A stretch of 64,000 nt of DNA from a virus. The translations under genes were made by a program, and so were the position numbers. The stretch's first letter is position 1. Each line of letters begins with the position of its first letter. Shown here one piece after another: positions 45,784-55,276 of this stretch. The stretch spans positions 59,285-123,284 of the IMG/VR virus record IMGVR_UViG_3300042197_000731; one strand, 5' to 3'. A model generated the notes under the pieces. It did no database searches. It saw nothing but the letters and a program-made list of their open reading frames with translations, and was not told the DNA's origin.

Positions 45784-46386
45784 TCAAATTTTTCCTGCTA
45801 ATACTATACGGCAAATATGTTCGGTTCTCTCAATATGCTCGAATGCTCTCCATGGCGAAGTGTCTACCGCAATAACTCCATGTCGGTCCATACCTACGAT
45901 ATTATATTTGATTTTACCCGTCACAGGATGATATCCAATATTTTTAACGCAGGCATCCGCTAATTCTTTAGTAATAGGCGGAATTAATGGTACATTAGGC
46001 GCTACACTAGTATATCTACTAAGTTCTGGAAATTCTTTAAGTAAATCTGGTAATTGAATTCCAGCATACATCGCAGCAACAGTGTATGTAGGATGAAAAT
46101 GTAATATAACTCGTACTTCAGTATCAATTACATTTTGAAGTGCTAAGTGTAGTGGTAATTCACCACTGGGTTTTAGATTATGACTTACATCAGTATATGG
46201 CAAACTTTCACCAGATAATGTTACTTTTTTAAACATTTCTGGCTGTAGAGTTTGTTTTCTAATACCACTGGGCGTTACATAAAAATGATCACGATCATGC
46301 CATCGTATACTAGCATTACCATCTCTGGCAGTAATCCAATTACGACGATATGCTTCCTCGAATAATTCAGAGATAGTTTCTAACAT
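45784..46386 (-). CDS. class II aldolase/adducin family protein
   Basis: DGNASIR, TPSG, PSGELPLH, HFHPTY, HGVIAV. Confidence 0.85.
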   Translation of the reverse strand: MLETISELFEEAYRRNWITARDGNASIRWHDRDHFYVTPSGIRKQTLQPEMFKKVTLSGESLPYTDVSHNLKPSGELPLHLALQNVIDTEVRVILHFHPTYTVAAMYAGIQLPDLLKEFPELSRYTSVAPNVPLIPPITKELADACVKNIGYHPVTGKIKYNIVGMDRHGVIAVDTSPWRAFEHIERTEHICRIVLAGKI

Positions 46387-46387
46387 A

Positions 46388-46504
46388 TTATGAATTTAGT
46401 AAACGACTAACAGATGTAATTACGGCAGAAATACGTCCAATATCACGTAATTGTTCTACAGTATAACCTTCTTTCTTTAGTGTATCGTAGTGTGCCTTAC
46501 TCAT
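46388..46504 (-). pseudogene. orphan duplicate of the AhpD 3' end (38 codons)
   Basis: MSKAHYDTLKKEGYTVEQLRDIGRISAVITSVSRLLNS versus the AhpD C-terminus SAHYKGLKAMGYTVEQLRDIGRIAAVMNSVAKVLNS. Confidence 0.8.
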
Positions 46505-46682
46505 TGATGTTATATACCTTTGCTAAAGCCCGCGTCTGAGACGGTTAATGATGTCATATTATGACTCCTTTATATGTTATTGCCTAACAAACTTCGACAC
46601 GAGGTACTCTGTTTAGGATGCTATCAGCATAGCAAAAGTATTTATACTTGTCAACAAGTAATTAAACTAATTTTGCCAAAAA

Positions 46683-47387
46683 TTATTCTTTTGATTTACA
46701 GTTGTCGCCGTGCCAACGATTGAACATTCCAGAACTAACTGTCTTGCTACAATGTCCGCAGGTTTTTTTGATTTGGCTTGGGTGTGTTCCGTTTGCCAGT
46801 TGATTCTTTACAGACTGTCCGCCCAAAAAGTTATGACTACCTTCTGCTACTCGTTTTTGGTTAGTTTTACGAGATACTTCTCCGCCCAAAAACGGATGGG
46901 TTCCATTCTTGACTTTTACTAACTCTTTTTCACGAGCCCAATCTTTGTCCAAAAAGGTATGGTTGCCTTCTGCTATTCGTTTTAGATTTCGCTGTGATGC
47001 TTTGTCACTGTCTTGCCAGTGATGCTCGCCTGCTTCTACCAAACGCTGTTGTGTTCGCTTTTGAATCTTACCGCCCAAAAAGTTATGTGTGCCATTCTCA
47101 ACTGCTTCTAATGCCGCCATTCTTGACAGGTTAGATTTTTCTTCAGGGCGCATCTTTAGTGCTCCAGAGATCAACAAACAAGCATACCAGTCTCCTTGAC
47201 TGTGGTGTATGTCGTAGTGTTCTTGGATAGTGACTGCTTTTAAGTTTGACGGATCATTGTTAGTATGATCCCCGTCAATGTGATGTATTTCATAAGAGCG
47301 TCCATCAGCATCAACGGGTATCTTACCGTGGTGCTTTTGATATATGTTTCTATAAGATCTATCTCGTCTCATAGAAATATTTATCAA
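46683..47387 (-). CDS. HNH homing endonuclease with GxH(N/P)FL repeats
   Basis: YEIHHIDGDHTNNDPSNL..EHYDIH; repeated G(T/S/N)H.FL; C-terminal C..C..WHGDNCK. Confidence 0.85.
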   Translation of the reverse strand: MINISMRRDRSYRNIYQKHHGKIPVDADGRSYEIHHIDGDHTNNDPSNLKAVTIQEHYDIHHSQGDWYACLLISGALKMRPEEKSNLSRMAALEAVENGTHNFLGGKIQKRTQQRLVEAGEHHWQDSDKASQRNLKRIAEGNHTFLDKDWAREKELVKVKNGTHPFLGGEVSRKTNQKRVAEGSHNFLGGQSVKNQLANGTHPSQIKKTCGHCSKTVSSGMFNRWHGDNCKSKE

Positions 47388-47902
47388 CTATTCAGCACCT
47401 TCGCTACACTATTCATTACTGCCGCGATTCTACCTATGTCTCGTAGTTGCTCTACGGTATAGCCCATAGCCTTCAAGCCTTTGTAATGAGCAGAAATACA
47501 AAATTCGCATTTGCCAACAATACTAGCGGCCAAACTATATGCTTCAAAACGTGCTTTTGTAGTGCCGCCATGTGTGGCAATAGCATTCATTCTCAATTGT
47601 GCCGGTAGGCCCTTGAGTTGTTCATCGCCCGTCATTTCAACGTATGGATACCATACATTGTTTTGTGCCATAATACTAGCAGCGGTAATTGCGGCCTCTG
47701 CCTCTTTACGATCAGCAATTTGTGAATGTAGCCATGTCCAGAATCCGCTTCTGCCCGTAGCAAACGCTGCTGCTAGTGCTACGGCTTCAGCCTCTTCAAC
47801 AGGCAGAGAACTGCGTTTAATAACGGCATCTAAATTTAGTTTTGTGTCTTTAGCATAATCAGGAATACTATTTTCCTTTAATGCGTCTACCCATTGAGTC
47901 AT
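47384..47902 (-). CDS. ahpD: alkylhydroperoxidase AhpD
   Basis: PDYAKDTKLNL, MAQNNVWY, SIVGKCEFCISAH (CxxC); lies near ahpC. Confidence 0.9.
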   Translation of the reverse strand: MTQWVDALKENSIPDYAKDTKLNLDAVIKRSSLPVEEAEAVALAAAFATGRSGFWTWLHSQIADRKEAEAAITAASIMAQNNVWYPYVEMTGDEQLKGLPAQLRMNAIATHGGTTKARFEAYSLAASIVGKCEFCISAHYKGLKAMGYTVEQLRDIGRIAAVMNSVAKVLNS

Positions 47903-47911
47903 TATTTTCCT

Positions 47912-49036
47912 TTACTTTAAAAATACATCGTTAATTTGTCTGTTCACTTTGATAAATGTAGTACATTTAGGTAGTTGTTTTAGGCTAGGTGCGCCAACAT
48001 AGGTACATGTACTGCGTAAACCACCTAATAAATCAAGAATAGTAGTTTCAGCGGGACCTCTGTAAGGCACTTCTACTGTTCTGCCTTCACTGCTGCGATA
48101 ATTAGCAACACCACCATGATGTTTAGTCATAGCGGTATCACTACTCATGCCGTAAAACTCTACCATCTTTTTTGAAACATATTTTGGATGATATCTAACA
48201 TGTGGCATAAGCAGGCTGTTATCATTATGATTACCTATGTTGATTTTATCTTGCTCAGTTGATTGATAAACGTGTTCAACTATTGTGCCACCGCCCTCAT
48301 CATGACCTGCTAACATGCCACCGAGCATAACAAAATCTGCGCCGGCACCAAATGCTTTAGCCACATCGCCTGGGCAAGTACAGCCCCCATCAGCAATAAT
48401 ATGGGCATCGAGGCCATGCGCCGCATCAGCGCATTCAATAATCGCCGAAAGCTGCGGATAACCAACGCCAGTCTGAATCCTAGTGGTACATACCGATCCC
48501 GGCCCAATTCCAACTTTGACAATATCTGCTCCTCGTAGTATCAATTCCTGGGTCATATCAGCAGTGACCACATTACCGGCAATTATGGTAGCAGTTGGAA
48601 ACGACCGTCTAATCTGTGATACATATTCTCCGAAATGTTCACTGTATCCATTAGCGATATCAATACAAATGAATTGTATGCTAGGATTGTTTTTCAATAC
48701 ATAATTTAGTTTGCGAAAATCAGACTCGCTGGTTCCGGAAGTAACTGCGAAATAATTCTTATCTAACGCACTTATATTAGACTTGATATCTTCTTCTTGA
48801 TATGATTTCACCAAGCAGGTAAACATTCCATGCTTTTGTAATGTGATTGCCATGGCAAATGTACCTACGCCGTCCATATTACTGGCCATTATAGGTACAC
48901 CTTGCCATGTTCGTCCGCTATGTTTAAACCGATATTCACGATTTAGCGACACCTCTTTGCGGCTGCTCAAGGTGCTGCGTTTTGGACGAATTAACACATC
49001 ACGAAAATCAAGTTTTGTATCTTCTTCAATTCTCAT
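47912..49036 (-). CDS. guaC: GMP reductase
   Basis: [58 protein letters not shown]. Confidence 0.95.
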   Translation of the reverse strand: MRIEEDTKLDFRDVLIRPKRSTLSSRKEVSLNREYRFKHSGRTWQGVPIMASNMDGVGTFAMAITLQKHGMFTCLVKSYQEEDIKSNISALDKNYFAVTSGTSESDFRKLNYVLKNNPSIQFICIDIANGYSEHFGEYVSQIRRSFPTATIIAGNVVTADMTQELILRGADIVKVGIGPGSVCTTRIQTGVGYPQLSAIIECADAAHGLDAHIIADGGCTCPGDVAKAFGAGADFVMLGGMLAGHDEGGGTIVEHVYQSTEQDKINIGNHNDNSLLMPHVRYHPKYVSKKMVEFYGMSSDTAMTKHHGGVANYRSSEGRTVEVPYRGPAETTILDLLGGLRSTCTYVGAPSLKQLPKCTTFIKVNRQINDVFLK

Positions 49037-49053
49037 GTGTGTTTATCTAGATG

Positions 49054-49611
49054 TTATAGAGTTTCGCCGCCTACAGTGCGGTTACAGGCACAAAGTTCAC
49101 CCGTTTGTAGCGCATCTAAAACTCGTAGAGTTTCTTCTGGACTACGACCAACATTTAGGTTGTTGACGGTAACGTGTTGAATAACGTTATCTGGATCAAC
49201 AATAAATGTAGCACGAAGTGCCGCGCCGGCTGGATTGAAGAATACGCCTAATTGTTCAACTAGACTTAGGTTTACAAATTCTTCACCGTCCCATGAACCA
49301 CGTTGTGTATCAGCGAATTGAATATGACGGATCTTACCTAGATCGTCGTGATTACGTTGCCATGCCAGTTTACAGAACTCGTTATCAGTGCTGCCCGTTA
49401 GTAGTACAGCATCCCGATCAGCAAAATCTTGGAACAACTTGTCATAAGCAACAATTTCTGTTGGGCATACGAAAGTAAAATCCTTTGGATAAAAGACAAT
49501 TACCTTCCACTTGCCAGGAAAACTGGCTGGAGTAATATCAAAAAACTGATCACTACCTGGATTAACACCAGTAACTACAAATTGTTCTAACTTATCACCT
49601 ACTGTTTTCAT
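49054..49611 (-). CDS. ahpC: peroxiredoxin AhpC
   Basis: FYPKDFTFVCPTEI, GELCAC. Confidence 0.95.
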   Translation of the reverse strand: MKTVGDKLEQFVVTGVNPGSDQFFDITPASFPGKWKVIVFYPKDFTFVCPTEIVAYDKLFQDFADRDAVLLTGSTDNEFCKLAWQRNHDDLGKIRHIQFADTQRGSWDGEEFVNLSLVEQLGVFFNPAGAALRATFIVDPDNVIQHVTVNNLNVGRSPEETLRVLDALQTGELCACNRTVGGETL

Positions 49612-49632
49612 ATTTTCCTTATTGTGAAATAA

Positions 49633-50082
49633 TTAAAATGTGTAACGAACGCTCATGGATACGCGATTGCCATTGCTGGCATTTACCCTTGATTGTCCCA
49701 GTTGATGTGACCAATCAACTACCGCACGTACACGGTCAACGATTGGCATTGATGCTTCTACGCCCGCAGTCATGGCAAGACCGTTATCACTGTTTTGATT
49801 GCTCAGATAAGCGGCGCCCAGTGTAGGAGTAATCGTCACAGGGCCAATCTTGGCAACATCGTATCCAGCAACTACACTCCAACGGTCCTGATCATTGCCA
49901 GTAACGGCGGTGCGTGAATAACCTAGCGTAAGGGAGGTTGGTCCCATGCTATGACCAAATGTTAATCCGCCATAGTTACGATTTGGGTTAGAAAAATCAC
50001 GACCAGCAGTTACGCCTAGTTCTAGGGCAGAGGCTGATAGAGTTGCTAGAGATAGAGTTGCGATTGCTAAAATTTTCTTCAT
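49633..50082 (-). CDS. small outer-membrane beta-barrel protein
   Basis: Signal peptide, amphipathic strands, C-terminal YTF (BamA signal). Confidence 0.75.
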   Translation of the reverse strand: MKKILAIATLSLATLSASALELGVTAGRDFSNPNRNYGGLTFGHSMGPTSLTLGYSRTAVTGNDQDRWSVVAGYDVAKIGPVTITPTLGAAYLSNQNSDNGLAMTAGVEASMPIVDRVRAVVDWSHQLGQSRVNASNGNRVSMSVRYTF

Positions 50083-50157
50083 ATTGTTCCTTATGTTTAA
50101 AGAGAAATAATTATATATGCTCCACCGCCGGAAGTAAATAAAAATGGTTGAACTGTT

Positions 50158-50436
50158 ATGGACAAAGAAAGAATACCAAAAAATTTACGACGAATGGTCA
50201 TTGAAAGAGATGGATTGCGTTGTGTGTATTGCGACGAAGATTTGGCAGGTGCCGAAGTTCATCTAGATCATGTGATACCAGAAAGTAGGGGCGGCCCAAC
50301 TAATTACGAAAATCTACAGGTAACTTGTCGTAAGTGTAATCTAGCGAAAGGTATATTAAGTGAAGATGAATTTACAGATAAACTTCGTCAGAGAGCACTT
50401 AATATTTTAAGTAGATTAGGGCCTGCTCGTCGTTAA
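50158..50436 (+). CDS. HNH endonuclease (minimal)
   Basis: RDGLRCVYC..HLDHVIPESRGG..NLQVTCRKCNLAK. Confidence 0.88.
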   Translation: MDKERIPKNLRRMVIERDGLRCVYCDEDLAGAEVHLDHVIPESRGGPTNYENLQVTCRKCNLAKGILSEDEFTDKLRQRALNILSRLGPARR

Positions 50437-50931
50437 CTATTCAATAATATTGCCATCAGCATCAACTTCTGACCAAGTATAATCACCTAGCCATTTTACT
50501 CTGGCGATATATTCAAGGTCATCAGTAACTAAACTATCACCAGGTCCATGGTGACACAGTATTACTTTACTCTTTCTAGAATCAAATGCTAACCAATAAC
50601 ATTGATCGTGATAGACTTGAAATTGATATTCAGCAGCATGTACTTGGTCGGTTATATCTAATTTGCGTTTTATTTGTGCTGCTTGTTTTTGTAGCACCAA
50701 TACTAATTCCATAATGCGATTATATTCTTGTTTGGCATGTAGTCTTGCTACATTTATCATTATGTCTTTTTGCCGTTCAACAGGAACTAAATCAAATTTG
50801 GGTCCACCTGCCTCAACTGGGTACGGTGTTACATTTCTATTGAAAAAGTTTACAATATCTCCACCTGGATTAATATCGTAACTGGTACGACCTTTAGAGA
50901 TATTACTGATTTCGTTTGATGTTTCAGACAT
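50437..50931 (-). CDS. hypothetical protein (DUF2452-like)
   Basis: VTPYPVEAGGPKFDLV..coiled coil..A.YQF..Y.L pattern. Confidence 0.55.
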   Translation of the reverse strand: MSETSNEISNISKGRTSYDINPGGDIVNFFNRNVTPYPVEAGGPKFDLVPVERQKDIMINVARLHAKQEYNRIMELVLVLQKQAAQIKRKLDITDQVHAAEYQFQVYHDQCYWLAFDSRKSKVILCHHGPGDSLVTDDLEYIARVKWLGDYTWSEVDADGNIIE

Positions 50932-50943
50932 TATGTGATTAAT

Positions 50944-51057
50944 ATATTAAGAAGTGTACTTATTCTGGCTCCGTGCCGTAGCATATCAACACACAGATTC
51001 CGCCCTCATCATCTGTTCGGGCTTCAGATATAAATCATGAAGTACACTTCTTAATAT
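50944..51057. repeat. 18-bp perfect inverted repeat enclosing a 78-nt GC-richer structured core
   Basis: ATATTAAGAAGTGTACTT (50944-50961) / AAGTACACTTCTTAATAT (51040-51057). Confidence 0.85.
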
Positions 51058-51058
51058 G

Positions 51059-51532
51059 TTATTTGCTATATTTCTGTAATAGATTTATGCTGGCAGGATC
51101 AGCCAATAATAATTTTAGTCCAGGGTGTAATGGAGTAGGCCAATCACCATATTCTACCCACGCATAACCCTGACTTTCCCAGTCTAATTTAGGTGTAAAT
51201 TCACCGTCTACTAATGCTAAGAAATTGTAATAGACGAATCCCGAACTGTGTTTAAACACATACATAGGCAACAATTTCATCTTGCCATTGTACCCTGCTT
51301 CTTCACGGACTTCTCTGCGAGCGGCAGTTTCTGGGCTTTCATTGCCATCAATGGCACCACCCCATGTGCCCCATGTACCTGGTTGTTCTACATAATTACT
51401 ACGGTGAGCAATACAAATTCTACCGGTGTCAAGGGCTTGAAATAGGCATCCAGCGCCACGACGACCCCAGAACCCAGTCTTCACTAACTGTTCACGATGA
51501 TCGCTATCGTTACTAATTTCTTTGATTCTCAT
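51059..51532 (-). CDS. Nudix hydrolase
   Basis: GGAIDGNESPETAARREVREEAG Nudix box; leader MRIKEI. Confidence 0.92.
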   Translation of the reverse strand: MRIKEISNDSDHREQLVKTGFWGRRGAGCLFQALDTGRICIAHRSNYVEQPGTWGTWGGAIDGNESPETAARREVREEAGYNGKMKLLPMYVFKHSSGFVYYNFLALVDGEFTPKLDWESQGYAWVEYGDWPTPLHPGLKLLLADPASINLLQKYSK

Positions 51533-51534
51533 GG

Positions 51535-52920
51535 TTAGGTGTAACTATTGTATAAAAAACTTCTTATATCGTGAAGAACTTCTTCACTATAATTCTCACG
51601 CTTGGCTACTTTTAAGGCATATTCTACTATGTCACGGTCTAATCGTTCTACGCCGATTTCATCATAGAATTTTGACCAAATCAACGGATAGAAGTCTATC
51701 AATGATTTTAATAGATCGGTTTGTTCATGTAAGTAATTTAAGCCATATGAATTTCGTAGTAACCACCATATATCATTTGCTATTTCTCGTCTATCACGAT
51801 CTTTCATACTCTCAACATTATCTGCTGCAACTTTTTTAAGTAATAATTTAAATTCGTCTAAAGGAACTAATTTATCAAGTGAGTGTAAATTTCCCACAAT
51901 TGATGGACGAATTAAGAAAGCAGTTTTAAATTCTTCAGGTGTCGCTACTTTACGAATATTACCGAATAGTGATGCATCAGTTTTTATTAAGTCTAGCCTC
52001 ATTGCCCTATCTAAACGTTTAAAATATTTTCCCGCTGAAAGTCCTTTCGCATGTAGGAAAGTAATCAGTCCTTGTATATTGTTATCATTTAGTAATTTTC
52101 TCATCAACTGCATATTTGTTGTGAAGATCTCATCACGCTCTTTACCGTGTTCTTGACGAGATTTCATCTTGGTGGGACTATATTTGTTGGCAACAGTATC
52201 AAGCAATTCTACTGCCCTGCCTGAAAAGAATACCGCTTGTGTAGGTTCACTGGGATGTATAATTTCTCTATCTGGATCAACAAATCCATCTATACCCAAT
52301 CGTCTAAATATTTCGTTCCATGCTACTGTAGTTTTATTGGTATTCATTACCTCACTTAGTCTCATGGTAACATACCAAAATTTACCTCCCGGGGTGTTTA
52401 CTCTCGCACTTTTGTTCGCAGCATCCATTAATGTATCAATGTATTTTGTTGCTGTATCACTATCAAGTGGCTGAGGTCTGTACTCTATTGGCAACTTGGT
52501 TAATAACGCTTTTAATTTATCACAGTACTCATTGTATTGTGCTTCAGTGAATTTCCCAATATCAATGATGTTTGCACCACTTCTAGCACGAAATATATTA
52601 GCCCAGGGTTTACCGCCTGCAAATGGTAATGCTGTCATGGCCATGGTACTTGTTGGTTCTGAATATATATTTCCAAATGGTGTAGTTTTGTATATCACAT
52701 ATTCAGCGGGATAAGCATATATGCCAATTGGGGTATTGTATCTACTACCCGGATTAATACCTAATTTTGGTAGATCAGTAAAACTTACAAATAAATTCTT
52801 AAATCCAGTGTTTGGTAATGGTTGGGCACTGGCTAATGCCTGTGTAATATACTGATTGACTGATACCTTTGGGTTCTGTTCAGGATTACGCCTGGCTTCA
52901 ACAATTTCGTGATATCTCAT
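51535..52920 (-). CDS. putative capsid-packaged protein, paralog of 57235..58602
   Basis: MRYHEIVEARRNP; LGINP.S.YNTP.G.Y.YP; LG.D..D..II.P.EPTQ. Confidence 0.7.
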   Translation of the reverse strand: MRYHEIVEARRNPEQNPKVSVNQYITQALASAQPLPNTGFKNLFVSFTDLPKLGINPGSRYNTPIGIYAYPAEYVIYKTTPFGNIYSEPTSTMAMTALPFAGGKPWANIFRARSGANIIDIGKFTEAQYNEYCDKLKALLTKLPIEYRPQPLDSDTATKYIDTLMDAANKSARVNTPGGKFWYVTMRLSEVMNTNKTTVAWNEIFRRLGIDGFVDPDREIIHPSEPTQAVFFSGRAVELLDTVANKYSPTKMKSRQEHGKERDEIFTTNMQLMRKLLNDNNIQGLITFLHAKGLSAGKYFKRLDRAMRLDLIKTDASLFGNIRKVATPEEFKTAFLIRPSIVGNLHSLDKLVPLDEFKLLLKKVAADNVESMKDRDRREIANDIWWLLRNSYGLNYLHEQTDLLKSLIDFYPLIWSKFYDEIGVERLDRDIVEYALKVAKRENYSEEVLHDIRSFLYNSYT

Positions 52921-53810
52921 TATCTATCTTTCCACTTAGTTGCTAGCCAATTGACTAAATCAAAAACAGTGTTTAATTTTTTCTGTCGCATAAATGCTAT
53001 AATTTTTGTAGCATTTTCTCTATCTACCCCGCTACTTGGCTTTCGTGCGTTGCTGAAATCGTTTTCTAATTCTTGTGACTTGGCTTTAAGATAGAAAGGA
53101 TTATCCCAATGATAGCGTAAACCATATTTAATGTTATTTGCTTCTTTGCTTAGTTGATTTTCTTTTTGGGCGCCGATTAACTCTAACCAGGATTCTAAAA
53201 CACTTCTACGAATATAACTAGGTATATATGGTTTACGCTTTTCACTATCAATTGTTTTTAATACCCCGATATCACCTGTTTGTGTTGTATCTAATCTACG
53301 CCAGGCGCCTTCGTCAGTATAAAAATATGCAGGTATATCACGGCGTTTTGCGCCTACTAATAATTTTCTAACTAATGAAATATGTTTTGGTTCTGGTTTT
53401 TCATTTTTCAATAATACATGTACACTGGTTACTCCACCTATTGGTATAGTGGGAGTTTTACTGAATAATCTATCTTCGGCTTCATGGGCACGACCATAAG
53501 CATTTTTAGGATCACGATTCAACCAGTAATCAACTGGCTTAGCGGAATATCGTTGATTGTACCAATTACCATCCATCACAAACATGACCGCACTTCGTGG
53601 GCCAATTTTTTGGTGATAACCACCAGTTTTAGTTCTGGCAGTACTTAGAAAGTATGGATAACCAGGCGGTGCATATTGTTCTTCAACACTGCCTAGTGTA
53701 CTGCTTAATTCAAATACACCATCAGTGACAATTTTTTCACCAGCAAATATATTGGTATAGTGATAAACTATGGGACTTAGGCCCTCTGTAAGTATTTCAT
53801 TAATTCGCAT
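52920..53810 (-). CDS. putative capsid-packaged protein, possibly ADP-ribosyltransferase-like
   Basis: MRINEILTE leader; VYHYT, FLSTAR, EAEDR. Confidence 0.55.
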   Translation of the reverse strand: MRINEILTEGLSPIVYHYTNIFAGEKIVTDGVFELSSTLGSVEEQYAPPGYPYFLSTARTKTGGYHQKIGPRSAVMFVMDGNWYNQRYSAKPVDYWLNRDPKNAYGRAHEAEDRLFSKTPTIPIGGVTSVHVLLKNEKPEPKHISLVRKLLVGAKRRDIPAYFYTDEGAWRRLDTTQTGDIGVLKTIDSEKRKPYIPSYIRRSVLESWLELIGAQKENQLSKEANNIKYGLRYHWDNPFYLKAKSQELENDFSNARKPSSGVDRENATKIIAFMRQKKLNTVFDLVNWLATKWKDR

Positions 53811-53825
53811 CTAGTATTTATGTCG

Positions 53826-54224
53826 TTAATCGTCAAAAGTCATTTGGAATTTACGGCCACGATACATAAATGTTACTGTTTCACCCTTGCGTACAGTGAC
53901 AGGAACAGTTGTACATACTTGACGCCATTCATACCTACGTTGATCTTCGCCTATGCGATTGCCAACGCCTGCTCCTACGATAGCACCGATCACCGTTGCG
54001 GCATCCCGTCCTGAGCCGTTTCCTACCTGATTGCCTATGATACCGCCCGCAACTCCACCGATAACGGTGCCAAGTGTACTATTGTTTGATTCAACTCTTT
54101 CCTGATGACATTGTTGTTGATATGTAGTTTGATATCGTGGCTGAACATGAATAACTCTGGCAAAGTCTTCATATCCAAACGCAACGGTACTAACAAATAG
54201 TAGAGATAGTGGTAATTTACGCAT
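53826..54224 (-). CDS. glycine-zipper 2TM envelope protein
   Basis: Signal peptide; GTVIGGVAGGIIGNQVGNGSGRDAATVIGAIVGAGVG. Confidence 0.85.
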   Translation of the reverse strand: MRKLPLSLLFVSTVAFGYEDFARVIHVQPRYQTTYQQQCHQERVESNNSTLGTVIGGVAGGIIGNQVGNGSGRDAATVIGAIVGAGVGNRIGEDQRRYEWRQVCTTVPVTVRKGETVTFMYRGRKFQMTFDD

Positions 54225-54261
54225 ATTTTTACTCCTATGATTATTTATGGACTATAAAGAC

Positions 54262-54286
54262 AAAAGGCAGAATCACCGATTCTGCC
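54262..54286 (-). terminator. rho-independent terminator
   Basis: GGCAGAATC/GATTCTGCC stem followed by TTTT on the minus strand. Confidence 0.7.
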
Positions 54287-54317
54287 CGTTTCTTGACGAA
54301 GGTATCTAAATTATTGT

Positions 54318-54683
54318 TTACGCATCAGCCGATACTGTTTCGGATTCCGAGGCGATCATAGCACGTGCCTTGATGGCATCCATGCTAATCACGGTAGCAG
54401 ACTTCGGCTTACGACCACGCTTCTTAGGAACACGAGGCAGTGGATTGTACTTCTCATCCGCAGCATCAATAGCAGCAGCATATTCCGGATTCTTGTACAG
54501 TTCCGTGGTCTTGAGAAAAGTTACGATCTCGGGCTTGGACATTTCCCGTGGCAGTTCAATCAGTTCAATATCGGTGTTGCCACGCTTGACCAGCATCTTC
54601 ACGCGGGCTAGATCGTTAGCAAACCTGACCTTGAACTCGTTGTTCCACTTGGAAACGCCGGCAACAGTAAATACTGAATTCAT
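54318..54683 (-). CDS. hypothetical phage protein
   Basis: 121 aa (FTVAGVS..KVRFAND..IELIELP.EM.K); AGGAG RBS. Confidence 0.7.
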   Translation of the reverse strand: MNSVFTVAGVSKWNNEFKVRFANDLARVKMLVKRGNTDIELIELPREMSKPEIVTFLKTTELYKNPEYAAAIDAADEKYNPLPRVPKKRGRKPKSATVISMDAIKARAMIASESETVSADA

Positions 54684-54760
54684 ATAGATTACTCCTTGGA
54701 GGATTGATTGAGAATTAGATTGTATCTGGAATTGATACTGTCGTCAAGAAACTTTAGAGA

Positions 54761-54994
54761 TTAATAGAGAATTTTGGCAACCTTGACACGGACATTGGAA
54801 CGTCCGCCGAACATTGCCTCAACCTGCCGTTCAGCCTGTTGAGAACTACCAGCCTCCACGACCATCTTGCGATCCTGTAGATCGGTACGGCTGCTGTAGC
54901 CAGCATAGGGAGAACTCAGCGGCTGAGTGATAACGTCAAACACTACTTCGAACTTCATGATAATTACCCTTTTTGGTTGAAAAATTAATCCCAA
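54761..54994 (-). CDS. hypothetical protein
   Basis: ORF; true start probably MKFEVV. Confidence 0.55.
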   Translation of the reverse strand: MGLIFQPKRVIIMKFEVVFDVITQPLSSPYAGYSSRTDLQDRKMVVEAGSSQQAERQVEAMFGGRSNVRVKVAKILY

Positions 54995-55209
54995 TCGTGG
55001 CCAATTTCGGCACGTGGGGTATATCGACTTACTTGCGAAGCAATATAAGAACGATCCTCTTGGTCCATATAGACCTCATCCTGTAGATCACGATAGGCTT
55101 TGGCGACCAAATATTGACTAACGCCCAGCCTCCGTGCGGCATCAGCAGCCGATAGGCCACTGTCAAAACAACTTTCAATTTCAATCAAAAGGTCACTCAT
55201 CTTACTCAT
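54985..55209 (-). CDS. hypothetical HTH-like protein
   Basis: GLSAADAARRLGVSQYLV; AGGAG RBS. Confidence 0.6.
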   Translation of the reverse strand: MSKMSDLLIEIESCFDSGLSAADAARRLGVSQYLVAKAYRDLQDEVYMDQEDRSYIASQVSRYTPRAEIGHDWD

Positions 55210-55276
55210 GATAACTCCTTGTGGTGGTGAAAAACGTTGATGAAACCAGCAACTTATTTATTGCTGGCTTCGTGGT

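Noticed and set aside
46505-47383. Self-splicing intron in ahpD containing the HNH gene
   Set aside because: ahpD is already complete upstream of the HNH gene, and no P/Q/R/S core could be recognised; better explained as a 3'-end duplication
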